A DNA stretch of 64,000 nt, taken from positions 22,134,001 to 22,198,000 of the forward strand of contig CATNEN010000001.1 in NCBI GenBank assembly GCA_950097015.1, written 5' to 3'. Both the position numbers and the translations under genes were made by a program. Positions 12,301 through 24,300 of the stretch are shown one piece after another; within the stretch, counting starts at the first letter, position 1, and each line of letters starts with the position of its first letter. This DNA comes from Macrostomum hystrix (Eukaryota > Animalia > Platyhelminthes). A model generated the notes under the pieces. It saw only the letters and a program-made list of their open reading frames with translations. It was not told the DNA's origin and did not search any database.

Positions 12301-15300
12301 CCCACCCCAATAAGCCGGGGTCGGAGTAGACTGAAGTGAAGTGACTGCAAGCCTGCCAAGCCAAGCGTAAACAACAGCGCCAAACTGCAAAAGTGCAAAC
12401 TGAAACATGACGAGTGACAGCAACTCAGCAGAAGCGCCGCGGATCAGCGTATCGCCGCCGGATCAATTCCTGCCGCAGCCGGGCCGACCGGCGAGGCCGT
12501 GGAAAGAGTGGAAGGCCCTCTTTGAGAACTACTTACTTGCGGCCGGCTACGACACTTTGCCGGAAGCGAGGAGGCGCGCGCTGTTGCTGCACTGCCTTGG
12601 CGCGGAAGGGCAGCGAGTCTTTGCGGCTGTGGCAGCAACGAAGAGGCCGAGTCCGACAGAACTCGCGGCGACAGTCGCGATTCTGGACGAGCAGTTCGGA
12701 GCCAAAGTCAACGTGGTGGCGGAGCGCCACAAGTTTCGGCAGCGCAGTCAGCGTCCGGGTGAAAAGATTGCGGACTTCGTGGCGGCTCTGTATGCTCTGG
12801 CTGGCTCATGTGAGTTCCGCGACATGATGGAAGAAATGATCCGCGACCAGATCGTGGAGAAGGTCAGCGACAGGCGAATTCGAGAGCGCTTGCTGATCGA
12901 GGACGGCCTGACGCTGCAGAAGGCAGTGACGCTGAGCCAGCAATGGGAGACCAGCATCGCTGAGGCCAGCGCGATAGAGACGGAAGGCGCAGCCGCGGCC
13001 GGAGCACAGCTGGAAGAAGAGGTGAAGAGAGTCCGACTACAACCAGACAGGAAGAACACAGGACAAGGGCAACCAGATCGAGAGTCATGCTCCAAGTGCG
13101 GAGGCGGGCACAACAGACGAGCCCGGTGTCCAGCTGAAGGCAAGAGTTGTCATGTCTGCGGGAAGGCGAACCATTTCGGCCGGATGTGCAGGTCGCAGGG
13201 CGCCAAGGTCGCCGAGGTCATGGACGAGAGCGGCCAAGCCGTGTACATGGTGCGCGGCGCCGCCAGTCCCGACATCCGCTGCCGGCTGAAGGTGCATGGC
13301 ATCTGGCTGAATCTGCTTGTAGACTCGGGAGCCAAGGTGTCCATCCTGTCAGAGAGGACCTTCAGGAAGCTCGGAAACCGGTCGCCACTCCAGCCGTCGA
13401 CCAAGAAACTCATCGCGTACAACGGCAAGGCAATCGATGTCGTCGGCGAGGCGGTGCTGTCCGTCAGCTATCGCGGCCAGCTGGTGCCATTTTTCTGCTT
13501 TACCGTGGTACGGCAAGGCTCCGACATCATGGGAACGGATCTGATGCAGCACCTCAGCTTCCAGGTGGTGGACAAGGACGGCGACCTCGTGCGCACAGTC
13601 GAAAAAACGGCAGAGCTACCGGTCTGGCTGGCCGAGCGCTTCAAGCCACTGACGCAGGGACTCGGGCGGATCCGAGGATTCGAGCACCGGCCCAGGCTGA
13701 ACCCCGCCGTGCCCCCGGTGGCGCAATCGCTTCGCCGCATCCCACTTAGCATCAAAGACAAAGTCCAGGCGGAGATTGACCAGCTGCTGGAGGATGACAT
13801 CATCGAGGAGATCCAGGCTTCAGAGTGGATTTCGAACCTGGTGATCGTCCCGAAGCCTGATGGCAAAATCAGGGTCTGCAATGACCTCAGGTGCCCAAAC
13901 AAGGCCATAGTTCCGGATAAGCAGCCGCTGCCGACATTCGAGGAGCTGACAACGGAGTTCAAGGGCTCAACCGTGTTCACTAAGCTGGATTTAAATTCTT
14001 CGTATCTGCAGTTGGAGCTAGCAGAAGATAGGCGGGACTTAACGGCCTTCATTACGGAGAAAGGGCTGTACCGGTACAAGCGCGTATGCTATGGCCTAAA
14101 CAGCGCCCCGGCGGCCTTCCAGAAAGTTCTCAGCAAGATTCTCCATGGCTGTTCCGGGACGCTGCACTACATCGACGACATAGTGGTGCACGCTGCCAAC
14201 GAGGCGGAGCACCTGCGGCGGCTCACGACAGTGCTGGACAAGCTACTCGCCCATGGCGTCACGCTCAACGCCTCAAAGTGCCAGTGGGCTGCAGAGACGG
14301 TGCAGTTCCTGGGCTACATCGTCTCCGCGAGAGGACTTCAGCCGATGCAGTCTAACGTTGAAGACATCGAGGCGGTGCCGGAGCCCCAGAACGCCGAGGC
14401 AGTGGCCTCATTTCTGGGAATGGTTAAATTCTATTCCAACTTTCTGCACAACTTGTCCGACATCGCCGAGCCGCTGCTGCTGCTACTTCGCAAAGAGCAG
14501 CCCTGGAACTGGACAACAGATTGCCAAAAGGCCTTTTGGAGGCTCAAGAAGATGGTGGTGTCCCCAACATGCTTGCGATTCTTCAGTCCCGACGACAAGA
14601 TCATCGTGGCCTGCGACAGCTCCGCGCACGCTCTGGGGGCCGTGCTGATGCAAGACGACAGCGCCGGGGTTCGAAGACCAGTCGCTTTCGCGTCAAGGAC
14701 CCTGTCAGCGACCGAGCGCAAGTACTCCGCATCAGAGAGAGAGGCTCTCGCGTGCATCTTCGCGTGCGAGAGATGGCACTATTTCCTGTTCGACCGGAGA
14801 TTCGAGCTGCACACGGACCACCAGGCTCTGACGACGCTGCTGACGGCTCAAGGCAGCGGCCACCGGCCTCTGCGGCTTCATTGATGGGCCGACCGCCTGC
14901 TCGCGTACGACTTCCAAGTCTGCCACGTTCCTGGCAAGAAGAACATCGTGCCAGATTTTTTGTCGCGCCACGGCGCTCTCGGAGCAAAATGTCCAAGGCA
15001 AAGCGAAGAGGACTCGACCGAGCTCAAAGTGAATGCCGTACTGCTGTCGGGCGCGCTGGAGATTGTCAGTCCAAGCGAACTGGCTGAGGCATCCCTGCAG
15101 GACCCGGTGATCAATGATGCGGTCACAATGACGCTCCAGGGGTGGCCTAACTCCATCAAGCAGCTGAAGCCGGAGCTGCAGCCGTTCTGGAGGATGCGGA
15201 CGCAACTGGCGCTCTGGAATGACGGCAAGTGCCTGGCCAACGGCACCCGAGCAGTAATCCCCGCATCCCTGAGGGAGAAGACGCTGCAGCTGGCGCATTT

Positions 15301-18300
15301 CGGGCACCTCGGCGTGAGCAAAATGAAGCAGCATTGCCGGGACGCAGTCTGGTGGCCGCAAATCGATCAGCATATCGAGGAATTTGTGCGACATTGCGAG
15401 GCCTGCCTGCTTAGCGAGAAGAACTTTAAGCCACCCAAGACGGTCCTGACCCCTACGAAGTGGCCGACGCGTCCATGGGAGGAACTCCAGCTCGACATCT
15501 TCGGGGAGCTGCACTCTGCACCGAACTCCTGTCGCTTCATCCTGGTGCTGTACGATTTGCATTCAAAGTGGCCGGAGGCTGCCTGCATGTCGACTGTCAC
15601 AAGCGCGGATGTCATCGACGCCCTGACAACGTGGTTTAGCCGCTGGGGCCTGCCGAAGAGCATTAAAACAGACGGAGGTCCGCAGTTCGTGTCCGGCGAT
15701 TTCGAGGATTTTCTTCAGCGCTGCGGCATCCGGCACCGGCAGTCACCGCACTACCACCCCCAGGGCAACGCGGCCGTAGAGCGCTTCAACCGTTTTCTCA
15801 AGGACGGCCTAAAGACGCACCTAGAGGAGGGCTACGACTTCAAGGACGCGGTGAAGACGCTGCTGTGGTCGTACAGGGCCACCCCACATGCACTGACTGG
15901 AGTGTCACCGGCGGAGCTTATGACAGGCCGGAAGATCAGCACCCCGTTGACAGCTCTGCAGCCAAGGACAACAGCGCGGCACAGACTGGCGGCCAGCATC
16001 AAGCGGAGGCAGCAGCGCGTTTTCGATCAGCTCAACACGACCCGGAGGCCGCCGCCCACGTTCATAGTCGGCGACTGGGTGCGCGTGAAGCGGCCGTTCG
16101 CCCGCGGCAAGCTGAGCAGCCGCCTGTCCGAGCCACGGCAGATCTCCCGGATTGCGAGCGCGACCACCGTCATCCTCAGCGATGGCTCCCGCTGGCACGT
16201 CGACAACTGCGTCCGGGTACCGCGGCCAGCCGGAGCGCTGCCGCACTGGCCAGCGCCGGCTCCCAGCGCAGCCGGGACAGCCGCGGAGGCGGCGACGGCG
16301 GCAGACCCAGCGAGACAGCAGCAGCCAGCCCAGACAGCGATCCGAGTGAGCTCAAGGCCGCGAGCGCCGCCGCAATGGTACGGTGAAATCGTGACTCACT
16401 GACTCGTTTATTAGTGACGGTTATTCAGCTGTTATTAGCGATCAGCTGTTTCGATTTAATTCTCTTTGAAGTACCTGTGGCATAAAAATATCATTTTACT
16501 CCTTCGATGCTTGGTAATGCACTTTTATTTCCTGCTCAATATTTGCATAATTATTTTCGTTGCTCTATCCTTTGAAAGGGAAGGTGAATGTTGTGCAGTT
16601 GATTAATGCACGTACATAGTTCGTACATGTACACCTCTGATATCGATTGGCGCAGAATATATATAGTCCAAATACTGAGAGCCAACTTGGCGTGAAAGTT
16701 TCGGATACTAACTTGGCTGACTCGCTACTATTCATTTACAACAGAATTCAGTTACAGCATAAAATTCCCCTGAATCTCAAATGCTTTCCCAGATTGACAA
16801 GTTCCCATTTGAGTGATCTCCAATCAATTTATTAGTTAGCTCGAGTTGCTAAACTAGAAATGCAAAAGCGACTGCACCGAAATGAAATCCCATTGGGCCA
16901 TGCAAAAAACAGCGGCTTCAGCTGACTGGCTCTGATTGGCTGGGCTGAGACCAATGCTCAGGCCACCCCAGCTGCATTGCTGCGAATCGGGCACAGCAGC
17001 GAACTGATCACTCACCGCTCAATGTCGCTGGCCAGCTCTGAGTGGCCGCCCTGCCTCGCCAGGTCGAGCGCGGTTCGACCTTCGCTGTCCTGCAGGCCGA
17101 GCAGCTGATCCCTCTTCGAGTTGCCATGCACCTCATACTCATTATACCTCCTCTGCCTCAGCAGATGCAGCAGGTGTTTCGCGGTTCGACAGCTGCCGGC
17201 CCGAGCTGCTTCCATCAGCGGTGTCGCGCCTCGCTCGTTCTGCAGCCACTTCGCATCGAACGGCAGCAGCGCCAGCAGCCGCAGGTGGTTTCGTCTGGCT
17301 GACACGTGCGCTGCCGTGTCGCCCGCCCCGTCACGCGCTCTCGGGTCCGCGTCCAACTCAAATAAGTACAATACGCACTTCTCAGTCTCCACGGGAGTCT
17401 CTGGAGCGTCGGCCACCAGCATGAGGACGGTCCATCCGCTCTCATCGGTGCTTGCCACCAGCTGTCGCGTGGCGAGCAGCCGCACCTGGCCGAAGTCACC
17501 ATGGATGACCAGCTCGGAGAGTCTCTGCACCTGAGAACAAATATAACCTGCATATCGGTTCATTTACTTTGACAGTCTTACTTTCATATTTAAATTTAAA
17601 TATCAGCGGACAAAAATGGAGTGATAAATTTAGAAATCAATACTGGGCTTCCTGTGAGTCGTAGTCGTTGGTTGCAACTCGAACAAAGAAATAAATCACT
17701 CACCGATTTTCGAAACTCCTTGGCAGCTGAGGTACCTTCCGCCCCATAAACAGGCCTGAAATGGGCAACAATGGGATTTCATCAAATGTACTGTTCGTAT
17801 AAGCATGGAGTCAGCATCTTTCGCTGATCATTCTCAAAGAGATTATCATGCTGCAGAAGCAGATTTAAGAAGCCTCAATTGTTGGGGCCCAGTTCTTGAA
17901 TGGCGGGCAATAGTCCTCCGAACTCGAAGATTCATAAAAAATTAGCTGAATAACGAAATATGCATTTGTACTAAGAAAATGTGTGTAGGCACATATTGGC
18001 ACATATATGCGAGGGCCTAGACCCGCCACTGTCTGTCTGATATCCGAATTATTTCAAAGTTGCAGCACTACAGAAGAACAGAAACGAAACGGAATCCACA
18101 ATAGACAAACAATGCAGGTTTTGAGTCCCAGGTACATCATACACGCACCATAAACTCTATACTGTATTTTCTTGCACCATTAAAATGCTTTTGCCTTCTG
18201 CTGTAGACTAAAAAGTTCTTTACAATGGATGAAATCTCTCCAACGAAATTTTCCCTGACCACCTTGTAAGGATCCTAGTTGCACCGGAAAAGAAAATGTA

Positions 18301-21300
18301 CTTCATTTTCGACCCCGACTTTGCACTTCGGGCAAATTCTCATAAGTTTTCAGTTTCCATAAGGGATTTTCGGGTGAACAGAACGCTGAGTTTGACCTTA
18401 ACAGGGTATGCGGCCAGTCCGCAGCGTTCGTGCACCTGTGCGTGATCAGGTACCTCTGGCTACGGCTCTGAGGGACAGGTGTCACCCTTTGACCTTAACA
18501 GGGTATGCGGCCAGTCCGCAGCTTTCGTGCACCTGTGCGTGATCAGGTACCTCTAGGCTACGGCTCTGAGGGTAAGGTGTCACCCTTTGACCTTAACAGG
18601 GTATGCGGCCAGTCCGCAGCTTTCGTGCACCTGTGCGTGATCAGGTACCTCTGGCTACGGCTCTGAGGGACAGGTGTCACCCTTTGACCTTAACAGGGTA
18701 TGCGGCCAGTCCGCAGCTTTCGTGCACCTGTGCGTGATCAGGTACCTCTAGGCTACGGCTCTGAGGGTAAGGTGTCACCCTTTGACCTTAACAGGGTATG
18801 CGGCCAGTCCGCAGCTTTCGTGCACCTGTGCGTGATCAGGTACCTCTGGCTACGGCTCTGAGGGACAGGTGTCACCCTTCGACCTCAACAGGGTACGCAG
18901 CCAGTCTGCGGGCCTGGCACTGCTCTAGATGTCCTCTTATGCCTAAGGTCTCACCGCGCTGAGGGGCTGAAAGGTCCGGGGAGTCTATCCGGCCATTAGC
19001 GGTTTTTATTTTTATTTTTTCTTTCCCTTTCTTTCCAGCGACCTATGGAGTCCCACTATAGCTACAGCACGTCCCAGGACCCTGCTGAAACGCTGACCCC
19101 GGCCGGCGACGCAGATCCTCAGGACCAGCGCCAGGGCGACACCGGTTCCACCGGCGCCCAAAATCCATCCTGCTCCTCCGCCACTCAGGAAAACACCAGA
19201 GCGGCTGGATCAAAGAGCAAACGCTCCCCTGCCACGCAAGCCCGCAGCTTCGCCCGCCTCCAGGAATTCCGGCGGCGAAAACAGGAAGTACGGTTGGCTG
19301 CGAAATCCGCGCCAACCACCGCCTCCGAGGAGGGGGCCGGCAACTCTGCGAACATCGCGGAGGAACCGGCACCCAACAAGGAGGCGGACTCCTCGCGCCG
19401 TCCGAGAAACCCGGAAGCGCGGAAAAGTGCCGCCCAGGCCTCTGGGGAGTCCGGTTCCTCTCGCGGCGGAACCTCTCACAGTCATCCGGAAACTCCGACG
19501 ACTGCTGGGGGGCCCGTTGCGGGAGGCGCCGGCCAAACCACAAAGCCAAAGCGCACTTACGCTGCTATGGCAAAGAGGCAGCCGGCCTTGGTTATCCGAG
19601 GCCAGGAGACGCCCCTCTCAACAGCGCAACTCGACCAGATCTGGCGCAGATTGGACTCCCATCTGGTCAAACTGGCACTGAGCGGCACTGTGCTGCACGT
19701 CCTGAAGACCGACATCCAGGACCAAGCCCTCATTGTCCAGCCTGCCGACAACCAGTCCGGACAGCAACTCCTCAAGATGCTGAAATCCTTCGACTGGGGC
19801 ACGGAAATGGGCAACCTGTTTATCTACAGGGAGGACGAGCGCCCCCAGACACACCGTCATCGTGTTTGGATCCCAGTTCGCAGCGCCATCACCAACGCCG
19901 GAAAACTGCGCCGCCTGCTGTTGGCAATCCACCCGGATCTGCCAGCAAACGGTGTCGTGGTTCATGAAACCATCACCAGACCTGGTGGAGACGGTTTCAC
20001 GGCCATCCTAGGACTGTCGGACAGCTGGATGCTCCGCTGCCCAGACATGTCCTACATCAGTGCAGGCCTCACTCGAATGCAGATCTTCAGCTTCGAGTCC
20101 GACGCCACTCGCCCGCCGCCCCCGGAAAAGCGGAAACGGACGAACCAGAGCTCTGCCGGGCCCCTGCGCCCTGGAACACAGACTCCTGATCGTGTCACGA
20201 CCACTCCGTGGATGCGGGCCCTATCAGGGGCAAAGCCGCGCGAGCTGCAACGACAGGCGGACGTGGTAAGGGCCGGAAACCCGCCCGCAACACCATCCGC
20301 ACTGGCCTGACTCAGCGCGCCAGACAGCTGTCGGACCCCAACAGTGGACGCCACCGCAGCACCACCCGGCCCAATGTCTCATCGGAACCCCCGGCGGAAA
20401 ACCGGGCTGAGGATATGGACGCCGCTGTTGCGGCAGCCCCGGCCTCAGCTCTGGATCCGATTCAGGAGGAACCGATGGAGCTCGGGCAAAACACCGGCGA
20501 GGACGAGGAATCTCTCCTGAACAACTCGCCGTAGGCCAGCAGGTAGCCGCACGGACCGCCCTTCCTGGGGTGAGCTTCCTGCAGCTGAACCTGCACCACT
20601 GCATCGCGGCCTCGACCAACCTGGCGCGTGTGGTGGACTGTGCTTTTCCTCGACATTGATGGTGCCTTCGACAATGTGCTTTTCGGAGCCTTCAGGCGAG
20701 CCCTGGAACGCCGGGCTACGCACGAGCACCTCACCCGCTGGATCATGTATATGATCTCTCACCGAACTGCCACCTCGCACCTGCTTGGCCACTCCCGTTC
20801 TGTGAATGTCCAGAAGGGAGGCCCGCAGGGTGGCGTTCTCAGTCCGATCCTTTGGAACCTTGTCATGGACGAGCTGCTCTGCAGCCCTGACCCGGACCCG
20901 GTCCAAAAAATCGGCTATGCTGACGACGTCACCGCCACCGTGGGCGGACCGTCTTCCCCGGTCCTTAGAGACCTTTTGCAAGCTTTCATCCACCGTGCCG
21001 AGCGCTGGGCCCATAGCTGCGGCCTCAAACTCTCTGAGTCCAAGACCGTCGCAATTATGTTCACCAGCAAACAAAACTGGAGGATTGAACCTCTCCTTCT
21101 CTATGACAAACCCATCGCCATGGAGAAGCAAACCAGATGCTTAGGTGTCATCCTCGACCACAGGTTGAGCTGGACACCTCACGTCAAATTCAAAACCCGC
21201 AAAGCTCTTGCGACGCTCGCGCAGATCCGCAGAGCCTTCGGCGCCACCTGGGGCCTCACCCCCCGCCGTCTCTGGTGGATTTACACTACCATTGTAAGAC

Positions 21301-24300
21301 CGGCCATCTCTTTTGCCGGCTTCATCTGGAATAGTGCCCTGGAGACCAAAGGGGTCCTGGAGGCCCTAAACAAGGTGCAGGGCCGTGCTTGTCGAGCCAT
21401 CATGAGTGCGGCACCCTCCACTCCCTTCGCTGGCATGAATGCCTTCCTGGACCTTCCCCCTTTAGATCTTTTTATCAAGGGGGAAGCGATGAAGACGGCT
21501 CGTCGTCTTCTGGACGCGGGCATCTCCATCCGGAAGCAACTTGCCTTCAGCAAGCGGAACCTCCAGCCCCATGGCGACCTCAGCCTACGGGACCTGGACG
21601 CAGCAGGTCTCAAAATTCTCTCAGACGGAATCCCGTCGACGCTGTGCCCACCGCTCAAATTCAAATCCAGCATTCCGCCTCGCCAGGAAGTACGTGACCA
21701 CGGCCAACCCCGTGAAATTCACTGCTTCACCGACGGATCGCAAATCAACTCGGTCTCTGGTTTCGGCTACTGCATTATGTCCGGAGGGAAACTGTGGCGA
21801 CCTTCTCCCAGCACACCGGCATAAACTCTACCGTTTTCCAGAACGAAGTTCTCGCCATCAGCTCCTGCGCCCTGGAGCTGATCAACCAAAACGTCCACGG
21901 AGCAGAAATCTTCCTCCACTCGGACAGCCAGGCGACGATCCATGCCCTTGGACGCACGCACACCTGCTCGCGCACAGTCCTCGACTGCGTCGCGCAACTC
22001 AACCGCTTAGGGACCCACAACAAGGTGTCCCAAAGGTGGATTCCAGGGCACTCTGGCCGCCCTGGTAACGAATTGGCCGACAGCCTCGCCAAGGCCGGTT
22101 CGACGGGTTCGCTTTTTGGCCCCGTGCCTGCGGTCTCCACCCCTACCGCCGTCGTCAACACTCGGATTAACCAGTGGGTGACCTCAAAGCACAAGGACAA
22201 ATGGATCAATACCGCCGATTGTCGGCAGTCTCGCGCTGCTGTCCCTTGTCCCTCCACTGCCCTTCGCAAAGCCTTGCTTGGACTGAACCGCAAGGACATC
22301 AGGGCAGTTACCATGGCCCTCTCTGGCCATGGCTGTTTCGCCAGGCACCGCTTCCTGCAAGGCAAAATCCGCAGTGAGGAATGCCCCTTCTGCCTCTCCT
22401 ATTTTGAGGATGCAGAGCATTTTATTTGCGACTGCCCCGCCTTCACTCAGGACAGGCTCACCTATCTCGGCCCAAACCCGGATCTACCCGACGTTTTCAG
22501 GCCTGAGAACATCTGCCAGCTTCTTCTTCTTCTTCTTCTTCGGGTGTGCGCGGGCCAGGGCCCATGACACCGGGCATCAGATGATGCCCGCCTTCCCAAG
22601 CAGGGCCAGCACGGAAGCACAGCATTCAAAGACCGCAGCGGGCTCCGGGCAGGGGCCCCAGAGGCGGCAGCGGTGGGCGGTCAGGGCGGGGCAGGCGAGG
22701 AGCACGTGGGCCGCCGTCTCGTCGCCCTCGCCACAGAGTCGACAGGTGGGGGCCACCGGGGCGCCAATCGCGGCCTGGAAGCCCCGGAGGGCATGGCAGC
22801 GGTCGGCGCGCAGCTGGCAGATCAGCCGCTCGTGCCGCCGCGAGAGGTCAGTCGGCGGAGGAGGCGGCAGGTGGCCCGAGGTGCAGGCGGCGTGCCAGGG
22901 CAGCGAGCTCGTGCCCGCAGCGTCGGCGGCCGCCGCGCGGTACAGCTGGTGCCAGCGGGCAAGGCAGTGGCGGCGAATGGCGGCCTGGGCCGCAGCCAGC
23001 GGGATGTGGGCCTCAGCCTGCGGCAGCGCGGAGCCGCGCTTGGCAATGGCATCGACCGCCTCGTTGCCAGGGATGCCCGCGTGGCCCGGGACCCACTGCA
23101 GGTGGACAGCGACGCCTCCGGCTGCGAGGTGGGAGAGGCTGGCCCAGATGGCATCGGCAGTGGTGACGCCCGTCGAGCCGGGGCCGGACTCGAGCGCAGC
23201 CAGCGCACTCAGGGAGTCCGAGCACACGCGGACCGGCGACAGCTCGGCCGGGTCCGGTGCCGCCAACACCCACTGGAGGGCCTCGGCGATGGCCACCAGC
23301 TCAGCGTGGAAGCTGGACGTCACGTGACCGGCTGGGACGCACAGTGCCGTGTCGGGCTCGACCAGGGCGCCGCTGCCGCCGGCCGAGACGCCATCCTTTG
23401 CCGCTCCGTCGGTCCAGATGGCCGTGCGGGCGGGCGGCAGGCCTGCCAGCGTTAGCTCAGCCGCCGCTCTCCGTGCCTCAGGCGGATCGCACCGGGAGGA
23501 GGGGGCGGACAGCTGCAGACCAAAGGTGACGGTGTCCAGGTTGGTCCAGGGAGGCGTCGCGGGGACAGCGCAAACGGGCTCGCGCGGGTAGCCGCTCAGG
23601 CCCGCGTCGGTGCTGACTCTGGTCGCCGTTTCCCGCCAGCCTCGGGCGCTCTGGAGGCGGCGGCGTGGGCCCTCGGCGGCCGCGCAGGCGAGCAGCGGGT
23701 TGTCGGGCGGGAGCCTGAGGGCGCGCTCGAGGAGAAGGCCGGCGTGCATCTCGGCGCGGACCGCCATCGGGGGCAGGCCGGCCTCTCGTTCTAGCACCTC
23801 CGACCTGGTGTTCCGAGGGCACCCGGTGATGACGCGCGCGCACAGGCGCTGGGCTCGGTCCAGCTGCTCAATGGCCGTCTTGCAGGCCGACGGCATCCAG
23901 GCGCCGGCCGCGTACTCCAGCACCGGCCGCACGTAGGCAGTGTAGAGCCGGCGCACGTCGGTCTGCTTGGCGCCCCAGCTGCTACCGGAGAGCGCGGCCA
24001 GGACGCCGCACCGGGCGCGGGCGCGGCCTGCGACGTTGGCGGCGTGTGCGGTGAAGCTCAGCAGGCGGTCCAGGATGACGCCGAGAAACCGGGGCTGGCG
24101 GTCCGTCGCGAGGGGGGCGTCGTTCAGCTGCAGCCGCAGCTCCCGGCTGGCCTCACCTGCGGTGGTGGAAAACAGGGATGCGGCGCACTTCTCCGGCGCC
24201 AGCTGCAGCCGCCACTTGTTTGCCCACTCGGCCGTCGCATCGATGGCCCGCTGCGCTTTCGCCTCGGCCTCCTCCACAGTCAGGCCTTGCACTGCAATGG

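Larger units (their letters stand above)
12121..16743 (+). mobile_element. Full-length Ty3/Gypsy LTR retrotransposon (Mag-like), antisense within intron 7 of the ANK-kinase gene
   Basis: 155-bp TG...CA LTRs at 12121-12275 and 16589-16743 (1 mismatch); 5-bp TSD GAATT at 12116-12120 and 16744-16748; PBS-like TTGGCATCG after the 5' LTR; purine tract before the 3' LTR. Confidence 0.97.

Noticed and set aside
14882-14884. Programmed stop-codon readthrough in the Gypsy pol
   Set aside because: The stop lies within RNase H, not at a gag-pol boundary; a point mutation is simpler.
18420-18465. Hammerhead-like CUGAUCA...GAAA on the minus strand of the monomers
   Set aside because: Core G8 is replaced by C, stem II does not close properly, the motif is absent from the 6th unit, and it is antisense to the element.
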